A stretch of 64,000 nucleotides of DNA from Candidatus Aminicenantales bacterium (GCA_049697115.1 JBAVVD010000002.1:4105-68104), one strand, 5' to 3'; shown: positions 42,626-53,063, counted from the first letter of the stretch. Notes: generated by a model not told the origin, from the sequence alone. Numbers and translations are program-made.

Positions 42626-44897
42626 AAGCCGGTTTTCCCTTGAGCGTTGCCAGCGCATAGGCCACTTGTCCGAGAGACAGAGATTCGTCATTGGGGGAAT
42701 AGAGAAGCGGCCGGAGGACTTGAAAGCTGTTCCTTTCAAGGTATGAGACCGCTCGCTGAAGAAGTCTTTTATTCAGGAAAACGCCGCCGCCGAGGGCCAC
42801 GGCCTGCACACCGTAATTTTTTCTGGCTCGTTCCGCCACATGAAGAATCATCCGGGCCAGCGTGTTGTGAAATTTTGTAGCGATGAGAGCTGCCGGTTGA
42901 CCGGATTGAATGTCTTGGAGGATGGCGCTGATGGTGTCGGAAAAGAAGACTTGAACGGGGAAGACGGATTCCATAAGAGAAAAGGGATAGCTTTCGTCTG
43001 TTTCCAAAGAAGCTGCAGACTCAAGCCTCATAGCCGCTTCGGCTTCAAATTCATTTTCCAGGGGAGCCAGGCCCAGAAGAAAGGAGACGGCATCGAACAG
43101 GCGGCCGCAGCTTGAAGTCAGCGGAGAATTGACTTTTCGTTTCATCATTTCCAGGACACCGCGTATTTTTTTTCGGTTGAGTTTCTCCAGAGCCTGGATC
43201 TCAGGAAATGGCGGGGAGCCGCACTCCTGAAGGTAGGCGAGGGCCATTCGCCAGGGCTGTTTGGCCGCCAGGTCCCCGCCAGGAAGGGGAACGGGCTTGA
43301 AATGCGCGATTCTTTCATAGCCTGCATAGCCGGCAAGGAGGAATTCCCCTCCCCAGGCCGAATGATCCGCCCCGTAACCATAGCCGTCCAAAGCCACTCC
43401 GAGCACTTTCGCGGACAGGGGAATTTGGTGTTCCAGAAGAACCGCCAGGATGTGGGCGAAGTGGTGCTGAACCTGGAGATGCGGAAGCTTTATTTTTTGA
43501 GCCCACCGCGTTGTATGGAAATGCGGATGCAGATCGGAGACGACCAGATGCGGTTTCGCATCGAACAGATGGAGGAGGTGGGAGATGGTTTCCTCAAAAT
43601 AACGGCGGTTGGCGTATTCATCCAGGTCCCCCAGAAACTGGCTGGTGATGACATATCCGTTTTTATAAACGGAGATTGTGTCCTTGAGCTCTCCGCCCAG
43701 CGCCAGCAGAGAGTGGGAACTTTCCAGTCCCGCAGGGACTCGCTGAGGGTAGGGAACATAACCGCGGGCCCGCCTCAAGAAGAGAGGCTGCCCATGGACC
43801 ATCTTGAGGACGGAGTCGTCGGCCCTCATCTGGATGGGGCGGTTGTGGCTGAGGATATAATCGCAGATCCGGGGGATTCCTTCTTTCTCTTCCTTCATTA
43901 TGGGTGAGTCTTTTGGATTTGAGCTCGTGGCCACGATGAGCGGGATGTCTTGAAGGAGTAAATAATGGAGGGGAGTGTAAGGAAGCATGAATCCCATTTC
44001 ATCCAGATGGGGAGCGATTCCCGGGAGGTCTTTTTTTTTCTTGAGAAGGACAATCGGGCGGCGGGATGAGCAAAGGGCCTCGGTTTCCGCAGAGGAAAGA
44101 AAAGCATATTTTTCGACAGTGCCGATATCGGCAGCCATAAGGGCCAGAGGCTTTGTTTTTCGGTTTTTGATTCGTCTCAGCCGGCTGACGGCCGCCGGAT
44201 TCAAGGCATCGCAGACCAGATGAAAACCGCCCAATCCCTTGACTGCCAGAATTTTTCCTTTTTTGATGAGCCGGGCGGCCTTTTCTATTCCTCCCGGAAT
44301 TCGGCTTCCACTTTTCGCCTCCTTCAGAGAGATGTCAGGCCCACAGTCAGGACAGGCGATGGGCTGGGCATGGTAGCGCCGGTCATGGGGATTCTCGTAT
44401 TCTGCCGCACAGGCGGAACACATCTGGAACCCGGCCATCGTGGTCTGCCCTCTGTCGTAGGGCAAGGCCTTGACGATGGTGTAGCGAGGACCGCAGTCCG
44501 TGCAGTTCGTAAAGGGATAGTGATATCTCCGTTCCTGAGGCGACAGGATTTCCTGCTGGCAGTTCTGGCAGGTGGATATGTCAGGCGAGATAAAGACAAA
44601 GCTTTTGCTCTTTCTGGTTTTTTTTACGGTGAAATCTTTATATCCGCGAAAAGAAGCCGGCTGGAAGGAGAGCTTTTCGATCCTGGCCAGTGGGGGTCTG
44701 TTCTCCTTAATGGCCCTGCAGAAAAGCGAAAAGTCCGCTTTTCCTTGGGTTTCCGCATGAATCTTGACTCCTGTGCCGATATTTTGAACCCACCCCTTGA
44801 GCCCGAATTGGTCGGCCAGGCGGAAGACAAACGGCCTGAATCCCACTCCCTGGACGACTCCGAAAACGGTGATTCTCACGGCCTTACCTCTTCTCAT
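42609..44897 (-). CDS. hypF: [NiFe]-hydrogenase maturation carbamoyltransferase HypF
   Basis: Acylphosphatase domain (VQGVGFRPFV), two CxxC...CxxC zinc fingers, and YrdC-like plus Kae1-like domains. The start is set at the MRRGKAV methionine. Confidence 0.85.
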   Translation of the reverse strand: MRRGKAVRITVFGVVQGVGFRPFVFRLADQFGLKGWVQNIGTGVKIHAETQGKADFSLFCRAIKENRPPLARIEKLSFQPASFRGYKDFTVKKTRKSKSFVFISPDISTCQNCQQEILSPQERRYHYPFTNCTDCGPRYTIVKALPYDRGQTTMAGFQMCSACAAEYENPHDRRYHAQPIACPDCGPDISLKEAKSGSRIPGGIEKAARLIKKGKILAVKGLGGFHLVCDALNPAAVSRLRRIKNRKTKPLALMAADIGTVEKYAFLSSAETEALCSSRRPIVLLKKKKDLPGIAPHLDEMGFMLPYTPLHYLLLQDIPLIVATSSNPKDSPIMKEEKEGIPRICDYILSHNRPIQMRADDSVLKMVHGQPLFLRRARGYVPYPQRVPAGLESSHSLLALGGELKDTISVYKNGYVITSQFLGDLDEYANRRYFEETISHLLHLFDAKPHLVVSDLHPHFHTTRWAQKIKLPHLQVQHHFAHILAVLLEHQIPLSAKVLGVALDGYGYGADHSAWGGEFLLAGYAGYERIAHFKPVPLPGGDLAAKQPWRMALAYLQECGSPPFPEIQALEKLNRKKIRGVLEMMKRKVNSPLTSSCGRLFDAVSFLLGLAPLENEFEAEAAMRLESAASLETDESYPFSLMESVFPVQVFFSDTISAILQDIQSGQPAALIATKFHNTLARMILHVAERARKNYGVQAVALGGGVFLNKRLLQRAVSYLERNSFQVLRPLLYSPNDESLSLGQVAYALATLKGKPAFNLSD

Positions 44898-44994
44898 GGG
44901 ATTCTCCCTGTTCCGGAGGGAATTTTTGGGATTAACCAGCCATTTTGTTCGCGGTGAATAATGTCGGGGATAGTGACGTGAAAGCAGGCCATTT

Positions 44995-45573
44995 TCATAA
45001 TGGATTATTGGATTCATCCTTATGGGAAGAGGCGGCGGGCAGCGCCGAAGGAAGGCACCCGCAATAATTCTGGCGGTAGAGGCCGTGGCATCGGCTGAGT
45101 TCGATGCTTTTTTGAAATCCGCCTTTTTTTTTAAAATTGGCTTCAAGAAAACGGATGTGGTATTTTCTGGCGAACATCTTCCCCATGCGGTTGAGGACAT
45201 CTGCTTTTTTCCAGGGACTCAGGCTCATAATGGTGGCGAAGAAGTCGATTTGGAGTTCTGAGGCTTTTCTGGCGGTCTCTTCAAGTCTCACCGCATAGCA
45301 GATGTCACACCTTCTCCCTTTCTCAGGCTCATTCCTGAATTTTTCCGTCAGGCGCAGCCATCGGCCTCTGTCCGGAGTTTTTTCCAGGAGGTGGAAGCCG
45401 AGCATTCGGGCCACTTTTTGTGTTTCAGCCAGCCGGCGGGCGTATTCTTCTGCGGGGAATATATTGGGATTGTAGAAATATCCGGCGACGTTAAAAGTTT
45501 CTTGGAGGACCTGAACGACATAGAGGGCATCCGGAGCGCAGCAGATATGAACCAGAATCCTTGGTTTATCCAT
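44995..45573 (-). CDS. queH: epoxyqueuosine reductase QueH (DUF208)
   Basis: The LVHICCAPDA Cys motif and C-terminal CGC; 192 aa. Confidence 0.7.
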   Translation of the reverse strand: MDKPRILVHICCAPDALYVVQVLQETFNVAGYFYNPNIFPAEEYARRLAETQKVARMLGFHLLEKTPDRGRWLRLTEKFRNEPEKGRRCDICYAVRLEETARKASELQIDFFATIMSLSPWKKADVLNRMGKMFARKYHIRFLEANFKKKGGFQKSIELSRCHGLYRQNYCGCLPSALPAASSHKDESNNPL

Positions 45574-45674
45574 ACTTCTATTATTTTAGGCGGGAATCTG
45601 GATGAGGTAAAGCGCTTTGATTGGAATTTAAAAGAAGGAGAGACGGGAAGAAAGGAATAAAAGCGGCAGGCCGG

Positions 45675-46400
45675 TCAATAGAGGTCTTCGATTTGATTCA
45701 TCAACTGGAGAATTGACCGGTTGACCTTGTCGATCTCGGCATAGATCGGGAAAAGTTCCTCATGGTCGATTCTTTTCTCGTCCGCCGATCGGCCGATCTG
45801 TTCAAAGTAGACGTCTTTCAGTCCTTCGAGGTCAAGGATGGTCCGTTCCCCCTTTCTGAGGATTTTTTCGCATTCACGGATTTCTTTCTTAAGTAGCCGT
45901 TCTTTTTCCTTTTTTTCTCTGAGGAGTGACTCTTCGGGCTGCATTTGGCTCGTGCGAAGTTTCTCCAGGTTTTTCAATTCCTGTCGAACCTCTTCCTGTT
46001 CATTTTTAAGACGGATGATTCTGGAAATGATTTCCTTCAGCTCCGTCTGGAGGCTGGAGTGTTTCTTTTCTGAAGATTCAAGCGATGTGAAAATCGGCCC
46101 GTATTTCTCTGCAGGGATCTTTTCCTCCCAGATTTTTTTCCCCAGGTCCTTAAGGAGATCCGTTTTTTTTCGCTTTTCTCGATTGAGCCTGACCCGAAGT
46201 TGGGTCCGCTTCATGCGTCTCTTTGCGCCGGAAAGGAAAGCACTCAGCCTTCGCCGGAGGTCTTTGTCCCGGAGAAAAATAAACATCAGCAACAGGAGGA
46301 TGACGCAGAGCAGGAGCCAGAAGATCCAGTAGGGGAGTCCTTCTCTGGGAATGGTAGGCGCCTCCTGGAAAGAAAAAAGGCTATTGAGCGCGGCTTTCAT
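45675..46400 (-). CDS. hypothetical membrane-anchored coiled-coil protein
   Basis: An N-terminal transmembrane helix, then a charged heptad-rich region. I recognise no motif. Confidence 0.45.
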   Translation of the reverse strand: MKAALNSLFSFQEAPTIPREGLPYWIFWLLLCVILLLLMFIFLRDKDLRRRLSAFLSGAKRRMKRTQLRVRLNREKRKKTDLLKDLGKKIWEEKIPAEKYGPIFTSLESSEKKHSSLQTELKEIISRIIRLKNEQEEVRQELKNLEKLRTSQMQPEESLLREKKEKERLLKKEIRECEKILRKGERTILDLEGLKDVYFEQIGRSADEKRIDHEELFPIYAEIDKVNRSILQLMNQIEDLY

Positions 46401-46428
46401 TGTTGTCGGGCTACTCTTTATCTTTTAA

Positions 46429-47757
46429 TTATCGAATACGTCTGATTTTGTCAACTGTTTTGGAAGGGCCGGGAGGCCGAAGGCCTTCCGGCGGCTGGAA
46501 GTATTGAATGACGTATTCGATCAAATAAAGCATGGCCGGAAGATTTTCCTGGAAGATGCGTTCAATATCCTCTTCGGCATTAAAAAATCCGCCGGAGAGT
46601 TCGTCTACCGGAGGAAGCTCGATTGTGTAGGAGGGAATGCCGCTGATGCCGTAGGTCCAGTCCGTTGTGTCCCCGTTTGTGAGATACATCTGCTGGCCCG
46701 CCTGGCCGTATTCATAGAAATTTCCGTGGACCTGTTGAATGAGCACGGACATTTGGGCCGCTATTTCATTGAGCAATTCATTTTTATCCGAGGGCTGCAC
46801 TGTATATCCCCAGGGATAGAGGATGATCTGCGAGAAGCTGTGATAGGAGATCATCGCTTGAAAATTTTTCCTCAGAAAAAAGTCGCGAACCGCCTGAGTT
46901 TCGGGTTCTGAAAAAGGGGCAGTTCCCCGGTAGGTTTCCGATGAAGACGCAGGGTTTGAGCCCTTATCGTCATAGCCCCACATGTAGCCGTAATTCCTGT
47001 TGAGGTCGACACCGTAGGATCCGTCGCCGTTGTTCCGACGGTTTTTGCGCCAGTAACAGTAGTAATGAATTGTGTATTCCAGCCCGTCCGGATTGACGAG
47101 GGGGACAATCCAGATTTCACTCTGGTCAACCAGGCTTTTCACCTCGGGGAGCGACGCGTAGTTTTCGACAAGATATTTTCCCAGAAGGAAAGGGACTTCC
47201 ACGGTAATCCACTCACGGGCATGATGGTTTCCAAGAAAAAGGATTTCCGCTTCTTCCTCCTCTTGCTCCACGTGATCGCTGATTTTCAAGGCATAGATGT
47301 TTCTTTTTTCCAGGCTGTCGCCGATGTCAAAGACTTTGGCAATTTGTGGATAATTGTTCTGAAGCGTCTGCAGGTCTTTCTCCAGCTCCGTGTAGGAATG
47401 GAATTTTCCGTTGATCCCATCCGGAGCGGAGCTCGAGAGCGCTGTTGAAGATGAAAATTGGACGGTTTCATACCGGAAAGGAATGCCGGCGCTTTCCAGT
47501 CGTGCCAGGTCTGTGGGCGACGCAACGATATAAATTCTACCCCTATATTCCATCAGGAAATCAAAGCCCCATTTCTGGATTTTTCGGACGAGTTCAGGAC
47601 TACGGGCGATGCTGATGATTTCCGGACTAGAATTGTTATGGGGATGCAGGAGTGGAAAGGCCAGCATAAAGAAGAGAAGCGCGGAAAAACAGACTTTGGC
47701 TTTCGTGAAACCGGCTCCACGATCGCGATGACATGTCCCGCTGGCGAATGCGTTCAT
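46429..47757 (-). CDS. secreted M14 family zinc carboxypeptidase
   Basis: HHAREWIT and YHSFSQ motifs. The start is set at MNAFASG; the listed ORF extends to 47913. Confidence 0.8.
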   Translation of the reverse strand: MNAFASGTCHRDRGAGFTKAKVCFSALLFFMLAFPLLHPHNNSSPEIISIARSPELVRKIQKWGFDFLMEYRGRIYIVASPTDLARLESAGIPFRYETVQFSSSTALSSSAPDGINGKFHSYTELEKDLQTLQNNYPQIAKVFDIGDSLEKRNIYALKISDHVEQEEEEAEILFLGNHHAREWITVEVPFLLGKYLVENYASLPEVKSLVDQSEIWIVPLVNPDGLEYTIHYYCYWRKNRRNNGDGSYGVDLNRNYGYMWGYDDKGSNPASSSETYRGTAPFSEPETQAVRDFFLRKNFQAMISYHSFSQIILYPWGYTVQPSDKNELLNEIAAQMSVLIQQVHGNFYEYGQAGQQMYLTNGDTTDWTYGISGIPSYTIELPPVDELSGGFFNAEEDIERIFQENLPAMLYLIEYVIQYFQPPEGLRPPGPSKTVDKIRRIR

Positions 47758-47762
47758 ATGAG

Positions 47763-49007
47763 TTAGAGGTGAAAGTTTATGGATAAAGCCACTTTTCTGG
47801 CCGAGAGGTTGTTTCCTGATCCGCGTTCCTTGCCGAGGAGGGTGCCGATGTCGATAGAGAAATGTTTCCATTGGAATGCCGATCCGAAAGACAGGTAATA
47901 GTAGGATGAACAAGGCTCTTTCATCGGCTGAGGGTCATAGACCAGACCGAACCGGATGGGAGTGTCAATGTTCTGGCTGAAAAGCCTGAAGGAACTCTTG
48001 TATTCAATTCCCACGCCCACCTTGACGACATCTTTGAAATTTCTTGGGAGCGTTTCGCCGAAATATTTGACGGAATAACTGGACCAATTGAAGTAAGTGA
48101 GGTCTGCGGCCAGGCAAACGTCCGGAGAGAAAATGTAACATGCTCCGAGGCCAAGGACGAGGGGATGCGTGTATGTGCTGTCGGCCGAAGCGGCGATGGT
48201 GATGTCCGTATGTCCGGCAGGGGCATTGTAGTTCAAGTAACTCTGGCTTTTGGCTTTTCTGGAGAACGGCGTCCGGAAAACGGCGGCCGCCTGAAATTTG
48301 TCGGAAAGATGGAAGTACAGGCCTCCGTTCAGGAAGAATCCCTGAAAATCGTGAGATTTTCTGTCGGTGATGACTTCAGTGGGTAGTTCCCAGCGTTCGA
48401 CATATTTCTTTTCAAAGGTTCCTGAGAGGAAATTCAGGCCCAGACCCGCCGAGAGCCGAGAGCCGATTTTCCGGGATATGGAGAAGTTAATATTCCTAAG
48501 AATTCCCGTCTGTCTCAGGTCGATCTTGTAGTAAAGAATGCCGCCGGATTTATATTCCGCAATAGCGGGCGGGCGGGTGTAGCATTCCGTGGCCGCTGCG
48601 GTGAAAGCCAAAGTCCAGTTTTGGAGACGGAAGGACAGTCCCGCAAAATCCAGAGCATAGAAACCGTGAGGGATGTTTTCTTTCGAGTAGAGGACGCCGG
48701 TATTGACAAAGGAGTATTTGTAAAAGGAGGCGAAGTTGAAGGAGCCGTTCACTGCCACCGTGATTTTTGGCAGCCAAGAGAGCAGGGCCGGATTGGTGAG
48801 GGAGGCCGCGCAGTCCGCAGCAAGGGCAAAGACTGTTTCCCCGCGGCCGAGGGCCGCGGCGGTGCTGAAGCCGAATGTATTCCAGGTCCGGAAAGGGGCT
48901 TCGTCTTCATATTGGCCGAGGACGAGCTGCGGCCAAACAGAGGAGGGGAGACCGCATAGAATTCCTCCAAATAAAAGCATAATGCAAAGGACTTTTAACG
49001 GCTTCAT
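47763..49007 (-). CDS. putative outer-membrane beta-barrel protein
   Basis: Signal peptide, alternating amphipathic beta-strands, and a C-terminal aromatic-rich end. Confidence 0.5.
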   Translation of the reverse strand: MKPLKVLCIMLLFGGILCGLPSSVWPQLVLGQYEDEAPFRTWNTFGFSTAAALGRGETVFALAADCAASLTNPALLSWLPKITVAVNGSFNFASFYKYSFVNTGVLYSKENIPHGFYALDFAGLSFRLQNWTLAFTAAATECYTRPPAIAEYKSGGILYYKIDLRQTGILRNINFSISRKIGSRLSAGLGLNFLSGTFEKKYVERWELPTEVITDRKSHDFQGFFLNGGLYFHLSDKFQAAAVFRTPFSRKAKSQSYLNYNAPAGHTDITIAASADSTYTHPLVLGLGACYIFSPDVCLAADLTYFNWSSYSVKYFGETLPRNFKDVVKVGVGIEYKSSFRLFSQNIDTPIRFGLVYDPQPMKEPCSSYYYLSFGSAFQWKHFSIDIGTLLGKERGSGNNLSARKVALSINFHL

Positions 49008-49078
49008 TTTTCAGAAAATTCTATCTCTCTTTCTTGAGATTTGCAAATGGAAAATGAATGTGCTATAGGTAAGTCTTT

Positions 49079-50083
49079 TTGGAGATGCCCATGGCTGAAG
49101 AGAAAAGGCGAATAAAGATCGCGGGAACCGGTTTCTATACTCCTGACAACGTCCTGACCAATGCCGACCTGGAAAAGATGGTGGACACTACGGATGAATG
49201 GATCGTTACCCGAACAGGAATCAAAGAAAGAAGAATCGTCAGCACGGAACAGGCCACTTCGGATTTATGTATTGAAGCCGCGCGGAGGACTCTCCGGAAT
49301 GCCCATGTGGAAGCCAAGGACATCGATCTCATCCTTGTGGCCACGTCCACTCCGGACACAATCTTTCCAGCCACAGCCTGTTGGGTCCAGAAGGGACTCC
49401 AGGCGGACCATGTGGCGGCCTTCGATATTTCGGCCGGATGCACGGGTTTTCTCTATGGGATGATTGTTGCGGAAGGCCTTATTCTGAGCGGGATAGCCAA
49501 ACGAATCCTCCTCATTGGAGCGGAAGTTCTCACCAAGATCACCAACTGGAAAGACCGCAACACCTGCGTTCTTTTCGGTGATGCGGCCGGCGCTGTCGTT
49601 CTCGAGGAAAGCAAGGATTCTTCGGGCATGCTGTCCTATTACTGGAAGGCGGACGGCGAATTGGCGAATCTCCTCTACATGCCTGCCGGAGGAACGAGGA
49701 TGCCGGCTTCTGTTCAGACTGTGGCTGAGAATCTTCATTGTCTCCATATGAAAGGGAATGAAGTCTTTAAACATGCCGTGAAGCGAATGGGAGAGGCGGC
49801 CCATGAAGTGCTGAAGCAGGCAGGATTGAAAAAAGAAAATATCGATTATTTCATCCCTCATCAGGCAAATATTAGAATTATCGAGGCGGTCGGAAAGCGG
49901 ATTGGCGTTCCCAGGGAAAAAGTCTATGTCAACATCGATAAATATGGAAATGTCTCCGTGGCCTGCATCCCTATCTGTCTTCATGAACTCCGGCAGCAAA
50001 AGAAGCTTAAGCCCGGGACGATTATCCTCATGGATGCCTTTGGGGCCGGTTTTACGTGGGGCGCGGTAGCCTATCGTTGGTAG
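49079..50083 (+). CDS. fabH: 3-oxoacyl-ACP synthase III
   Basis: Active-site AGCTGF, and His and Asn regions (HQANIRI); 334 aa. Confidence 0.88.
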   Translation: MEMPMAEEKRRIKIAGTGFYTPDNVLTNADLEKMVDTTDEWIVTRTGIKERRIVSTEQATSDLCIEAARRTLRNAHVEAKDIDLILVATSTPDTIFPATACWVQKGLQADHVAAFDISAGCTGFLYGMIVAEGLILSGIAKRILLIGAEVLTKITNWKDRNTCVLFGDAAGAVVLEESKDSSGMLSYYWKADGELANLLYMPAGGTRMPASVQTVAENLHCLHMKGNEVFKHAVKRMGEAAHEVLKQAGLKKENIDYFIPHQANIRIIEAVGKRIGVPREKVYVNIDKYGNVSVACIPICLHELRQQKKLKPGTIILMDAFGAGFTWGAVAYRW

Positions 50084-50334
50084 GCTCGGATTAAGTACTT
50101 CAAAAACACGCAGATTTTTCCCCAGCGAGGAAAAATCTGCTCGGTTTCGGGTTTCGCTCTTTTCTCCTTTCAGGAGAAAAACCGTGCCCGCTCCACCCTC
50201 AAACGGTTTTTTCCGTACTTAATCCTCGCCCGGTTAATAATAAAAGGTGAGAAACCATGCCCGCTCGGCCTTTCATACGGTTTATTCAACATTCAGTCCT
50301 CGCCCTGCCTAAAAAATGTGAGAGTTCGTGCCCG
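50084..50334. repeat. degenerate tandem repeats of about 60 bp carrying hairpins; convergent terminator region
   Basis: A 12-bp perfect hairpin GCAGATTTTTCC/GGAAAAATCTGC, then three copies of a unit with [A/G]TGCCCGCT[C/A] and ACGGTTT, two of them ending in TCCTCGCCC. Confidence 0.5.
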
Positions 50335-50844
50335 CTATTTTTCAGAGGAGAGGATAAGAAAGATATTTTGGAGTGTTTCCCTGTCCATCTGTCCGACCTG
50401 TGTGTGCCGGATTCTTCCCTCTCTGTCGAGGGCTATGGTTACAGGAATATATGAACCGGGTTTACAGTCGTTGAGAATTTTTTCGGTGCTGAAGGCGACC
50501 GGATAGGTCATCTGGTATCTCTGCACGAAAGAGCGCAGGGCGTCGGGGCTCATCTGGTCCAGTGAAAGGCCGATGATTTCCATCCCCTTTCCTTTATATG
50601 TATTGTAGAGTTCGACGAAATCAGGGATTTCCGCCCGGCAGGGAGGACACCAGGTGGCAAAGAAGTTTATAAATAGGATTTTTCCTTTGAAATCCGAAAG
50701 ACTCCAGGTTTTGCCGCTGAGGTCTTTCACCGTAAACATCGGCCCCGGTGGAAAATTCTGTTGAGATTCGGTAGGAATTCCGTGAAGAACAGTGGCCAGA
50801 AATAGGAAAACGATCAGTCGCCCGCTGCCCGCATATTTTTTCAT
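50335..50844 (-). CDS. TlpA-like thiol:disulfide oxidoreductase (thioredoxin fold) with signal peptide
   Basis: WCPPC active site. Confidence 0.8.
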   Translation of the reverse strand: MKKYAGSGRLIVFLFLATVLHGIPTESQQNFPPGPMFTVKDLSGKTWSLSDFKGKILFINFFATWCPPCRAEIPDFVELYNTYKGKGMEIIGLSLDQMSPDALRSFVQRYQMTYPVAFSTEKILNDCKPGSYIPVTIALDREGRIRHTQVGQMDRETLQNIFLILSSEK

Positions 50845-51012
50845 TGTGTCTCCTCAGCCGGTATTCTCAAGCCAGCCACCCCTCTTCTTTCTCTTTCTCC
50901 GGATCTGGGAGAGAAAAGGGAAATGGTGGAGGCGGCTTCCGTCCCGCTCAGTTGAAACGCGTCACTCTTTAATTATATAAATCTTATCAAGTATATTTTT
51001 TGCCCGATCGGC

Positions 51013-51912
51013 TCAATTCAGTCCGCATCTCTTCATGAGCCGTTCCCAATTGCGGGCGACTTCTTCCTGAATGAATTGGACATCTTTTTCCGTAAGATGG
51101 CGGAACCTTCCCTGGAGCTTCAGATAGTCATCGACGGGCTTTTTTTCTCTGAGTTTCATGCTCAGGGTGTATTTTTCTCCATTCTCAATTTCATAAAGCG
51201 GGAAAATGGCATTCTGGACAACCATCCGGGCCAGTTTGATGGAATCCTCAGGCCGGCTCTTCCAGCCTGTCGGGCAGGGGGCATAGATGTGGAGAAACTT
51301 TGTGCCTCTTATCTCCTTGGCTTTTTTGGCCTTTTTAAACAGGTCTTCCGGGTATCCCACCGAAGCCGTGGCAACGTAGGGAATTCTGTGGGCCGCCATG
51401 ATGGCATCGATGTCTTTTTTGGGCCTGTTTTTAAAATGCTTAACCGGAGTGGTCGTTGTCCAGGCGCCGAAAGGCGTGGCCGAGCTTCTCTGGATTCCGG
51501 TGTTCATGTAGGCTTCATTGTCGTAGCAAACGTAGATGATGTCGTCGTTTCGCTCGGCAGCGCCGGAGAGGGCCTGGATGCCGATATCAAATGTTCCTCC
51601 GTCTCCGCTCCAGGCGACAACCGTGGTCTCCATGTCCCCGACCATCTCCAGCCCGGCCTTTAATCCTGCGGCTGATGAGGCCGCCGTTTCAAAGGCGCAG
51701 TGAAAAATTGGGACTTCCAGACAGGAATAAGGAAAAGGGCCATCGATCACCGACCAGCAGCAGGCGGGTATACAGAGGGCGGTCTGTCTCCCCAGTGCTT
51801 TAAGCACATAGCGCATGGCCAGGGTCGCTCCGCATCCCTGGCAGGCCAGATGTCCGGAGCCGACAAGTTCCTCAACCGGAAGCGTGAGTGTCATCTTTTT
51901 TTCTTTTTTCAT
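51013..51912 (-). CDS. porB: 2-oxoacid (pyruvate):ferredoxin oxidoreductase beta subunit (TPP-binding)
   Basis: CxGCG motif and a TPP-binding GDG region. The start is placed at MKKEKK to give an ATGA overlap with the porA stop. Confidence 0.85.
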   Translation of the reverse strand: MKKEKKMTLTLPVEELVGSGHLACQGCGATLAMRYVLKALGRQTALCIPACCWSVIDGPFPYSCLEVPIFHCAFETAASSAAGLKAGLEMVGDMETTVVAWSGDGGTFDIGIQALSGAAERNDDIIYVCYDNEAYMNTGIQRSSATPFGAWTTTTPVKHFKNRPKKDIDAIMAAHRIPYVATASVGYPEDLFKKAKKAKEIRGTKFLHIYAPCPTGWKSRPEDSIKLARMVVQNAIFPLYEIENGEKYTLSMKLREKKPVDDYLKLQGRFRHLTEKDVQFIQEEVARNWERLMKRCGLN

Positions 51913-53063
51913 TTTTTGACTCCAATCCATACGATTTCCTCTTCAGCCCTTTCTTTGGACAGCGTGTACTCCACAATTTCCCTGAAGGTGGAAGGCGTGA
52001 TGTCTCTCCCTCCCAGGCCGGTGATAAAGCTGAAGACTGGCAGCCCATTGGTAGAACCATAGAGAGCGGATTTGACTTCCTGGGAAAAAATTCCATGGTG
52101 GCCGTAGGAAATATTCCGGTCGACAACGGCCACTTTTTTGGCTGTATGAAGAATCTCACGAATTTTGGCAAAGGGGAAGGGCCGGAAGACCTTAATTCTC
52201 AGATTTCCGATTTTCAGTCCTTCTTTGCGCAGCTCATCCACGGCCACTCTGGCCGTGTAGCCCGCTGTTCCGGAAGTCACCAGAATGATCTCCGCATCCT
52301 TGCAGAGGTAGTCCTCAACCAATCCCAGATACCGGCCGAACGTCCGCTCGAATTCCCTTCCGGTCTCTTCGATAAGGGCCGGGACCTTTTCCATATCCTT
52401 CTGGAGCTTGTATCTCAGCTCAAAATAGTGTTCGGGAGATGTGAGGCCCCCGAAGGCATGGGGTTCCTTCAGAGTCAGCCTGAGCTGGGGCTTAAAAGGA
52501 GGCAGATACTTGTCCACTTGGTCCTGGTCAGGGATGTCCACCACTTCATAGGTGTGAGAGAGGGCGAATGCGTCAAGGACGACCATACTGGGGATGGCCA
52601 CTTTTTCCGAGATTTTAAAAGCCTGGATCACAGTGTCCAACACTTCCTGGTTGGAGGAGCAGTAGAACTGGATCCAACCCGTGTCTCTCTGGGAGAGGCT
52701 GTCGTTCTGGTCTGTCCAGATGCTCCAGCCGGGGGCCATGGCGCGGTTGATGTCTCCCATGACAACGGGAAGTCGGCCGCCCGAGGCCCAGTGGAGAAGT
52801 TCGTGCATCAAGGTCAGGCCCTGGGAGGATGTGGCGGTGAATGTGCGGGCTCCGGCCAGCGAGGCTCCCAGACAGGCCGCCATGGCCGAGTGTTCGGACT
52901 CCACCTTGATGAATTTGGCGTCCAGTGTTTTTTCGGCGCACATCTCCGAAAGAAGTTCGACAACCTGAGTCTGCGGCGTGATGGGATATGCGGCAATGAC
53001 CTGAGCCCTGGAGAGCTGGGCTCCGAATGAGAGGGCGTGATTTCCCATGATCACTTTTTTCAT
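51909..53063 (-). CDS. porA: pyruvate:ferredoxin oxidoreductase alpha subunit
   Basis: Pyruvate:ferredoxin oxidoreductase domain I architecture. The start is at MKKVIMGNHA; the listed ORF has a 20-aa extension. Confidence 0.85.
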   Translation of the reverse strand: MKKVIMGNHALSFGAQLSRAQVIAAYPITPQTQVVELLSEMCAEKTLDAKFIKVESEHSAMAACLGASLAGARTFTATSSQGLTLMHELLHWASGGRLPVVMGDINRAMAPGWSIWTDQNDSLSQRDTGWIQFYCSSNQEVLDTVIQAFKISEKVAIPSMVVLDAFALSHTYEVVDIPDQDQVDKYLPPFKPQLRLTLKEPHAFGGLTSPEHYFELRYKLQKDMEKVPALIEETGREFERTFGRYLGLVEDYLCKDAEIILVTSGTAGYTARVAVDELRKEGLKIGNLRIKVFRPFPFAKIREILHTAKKVAVVDRNISYGHHGIFSQEVKSALYGSTNGLPVFSFITGLGGRDITPSTFREIVEYTLSKERAEEEIVWIGVKK

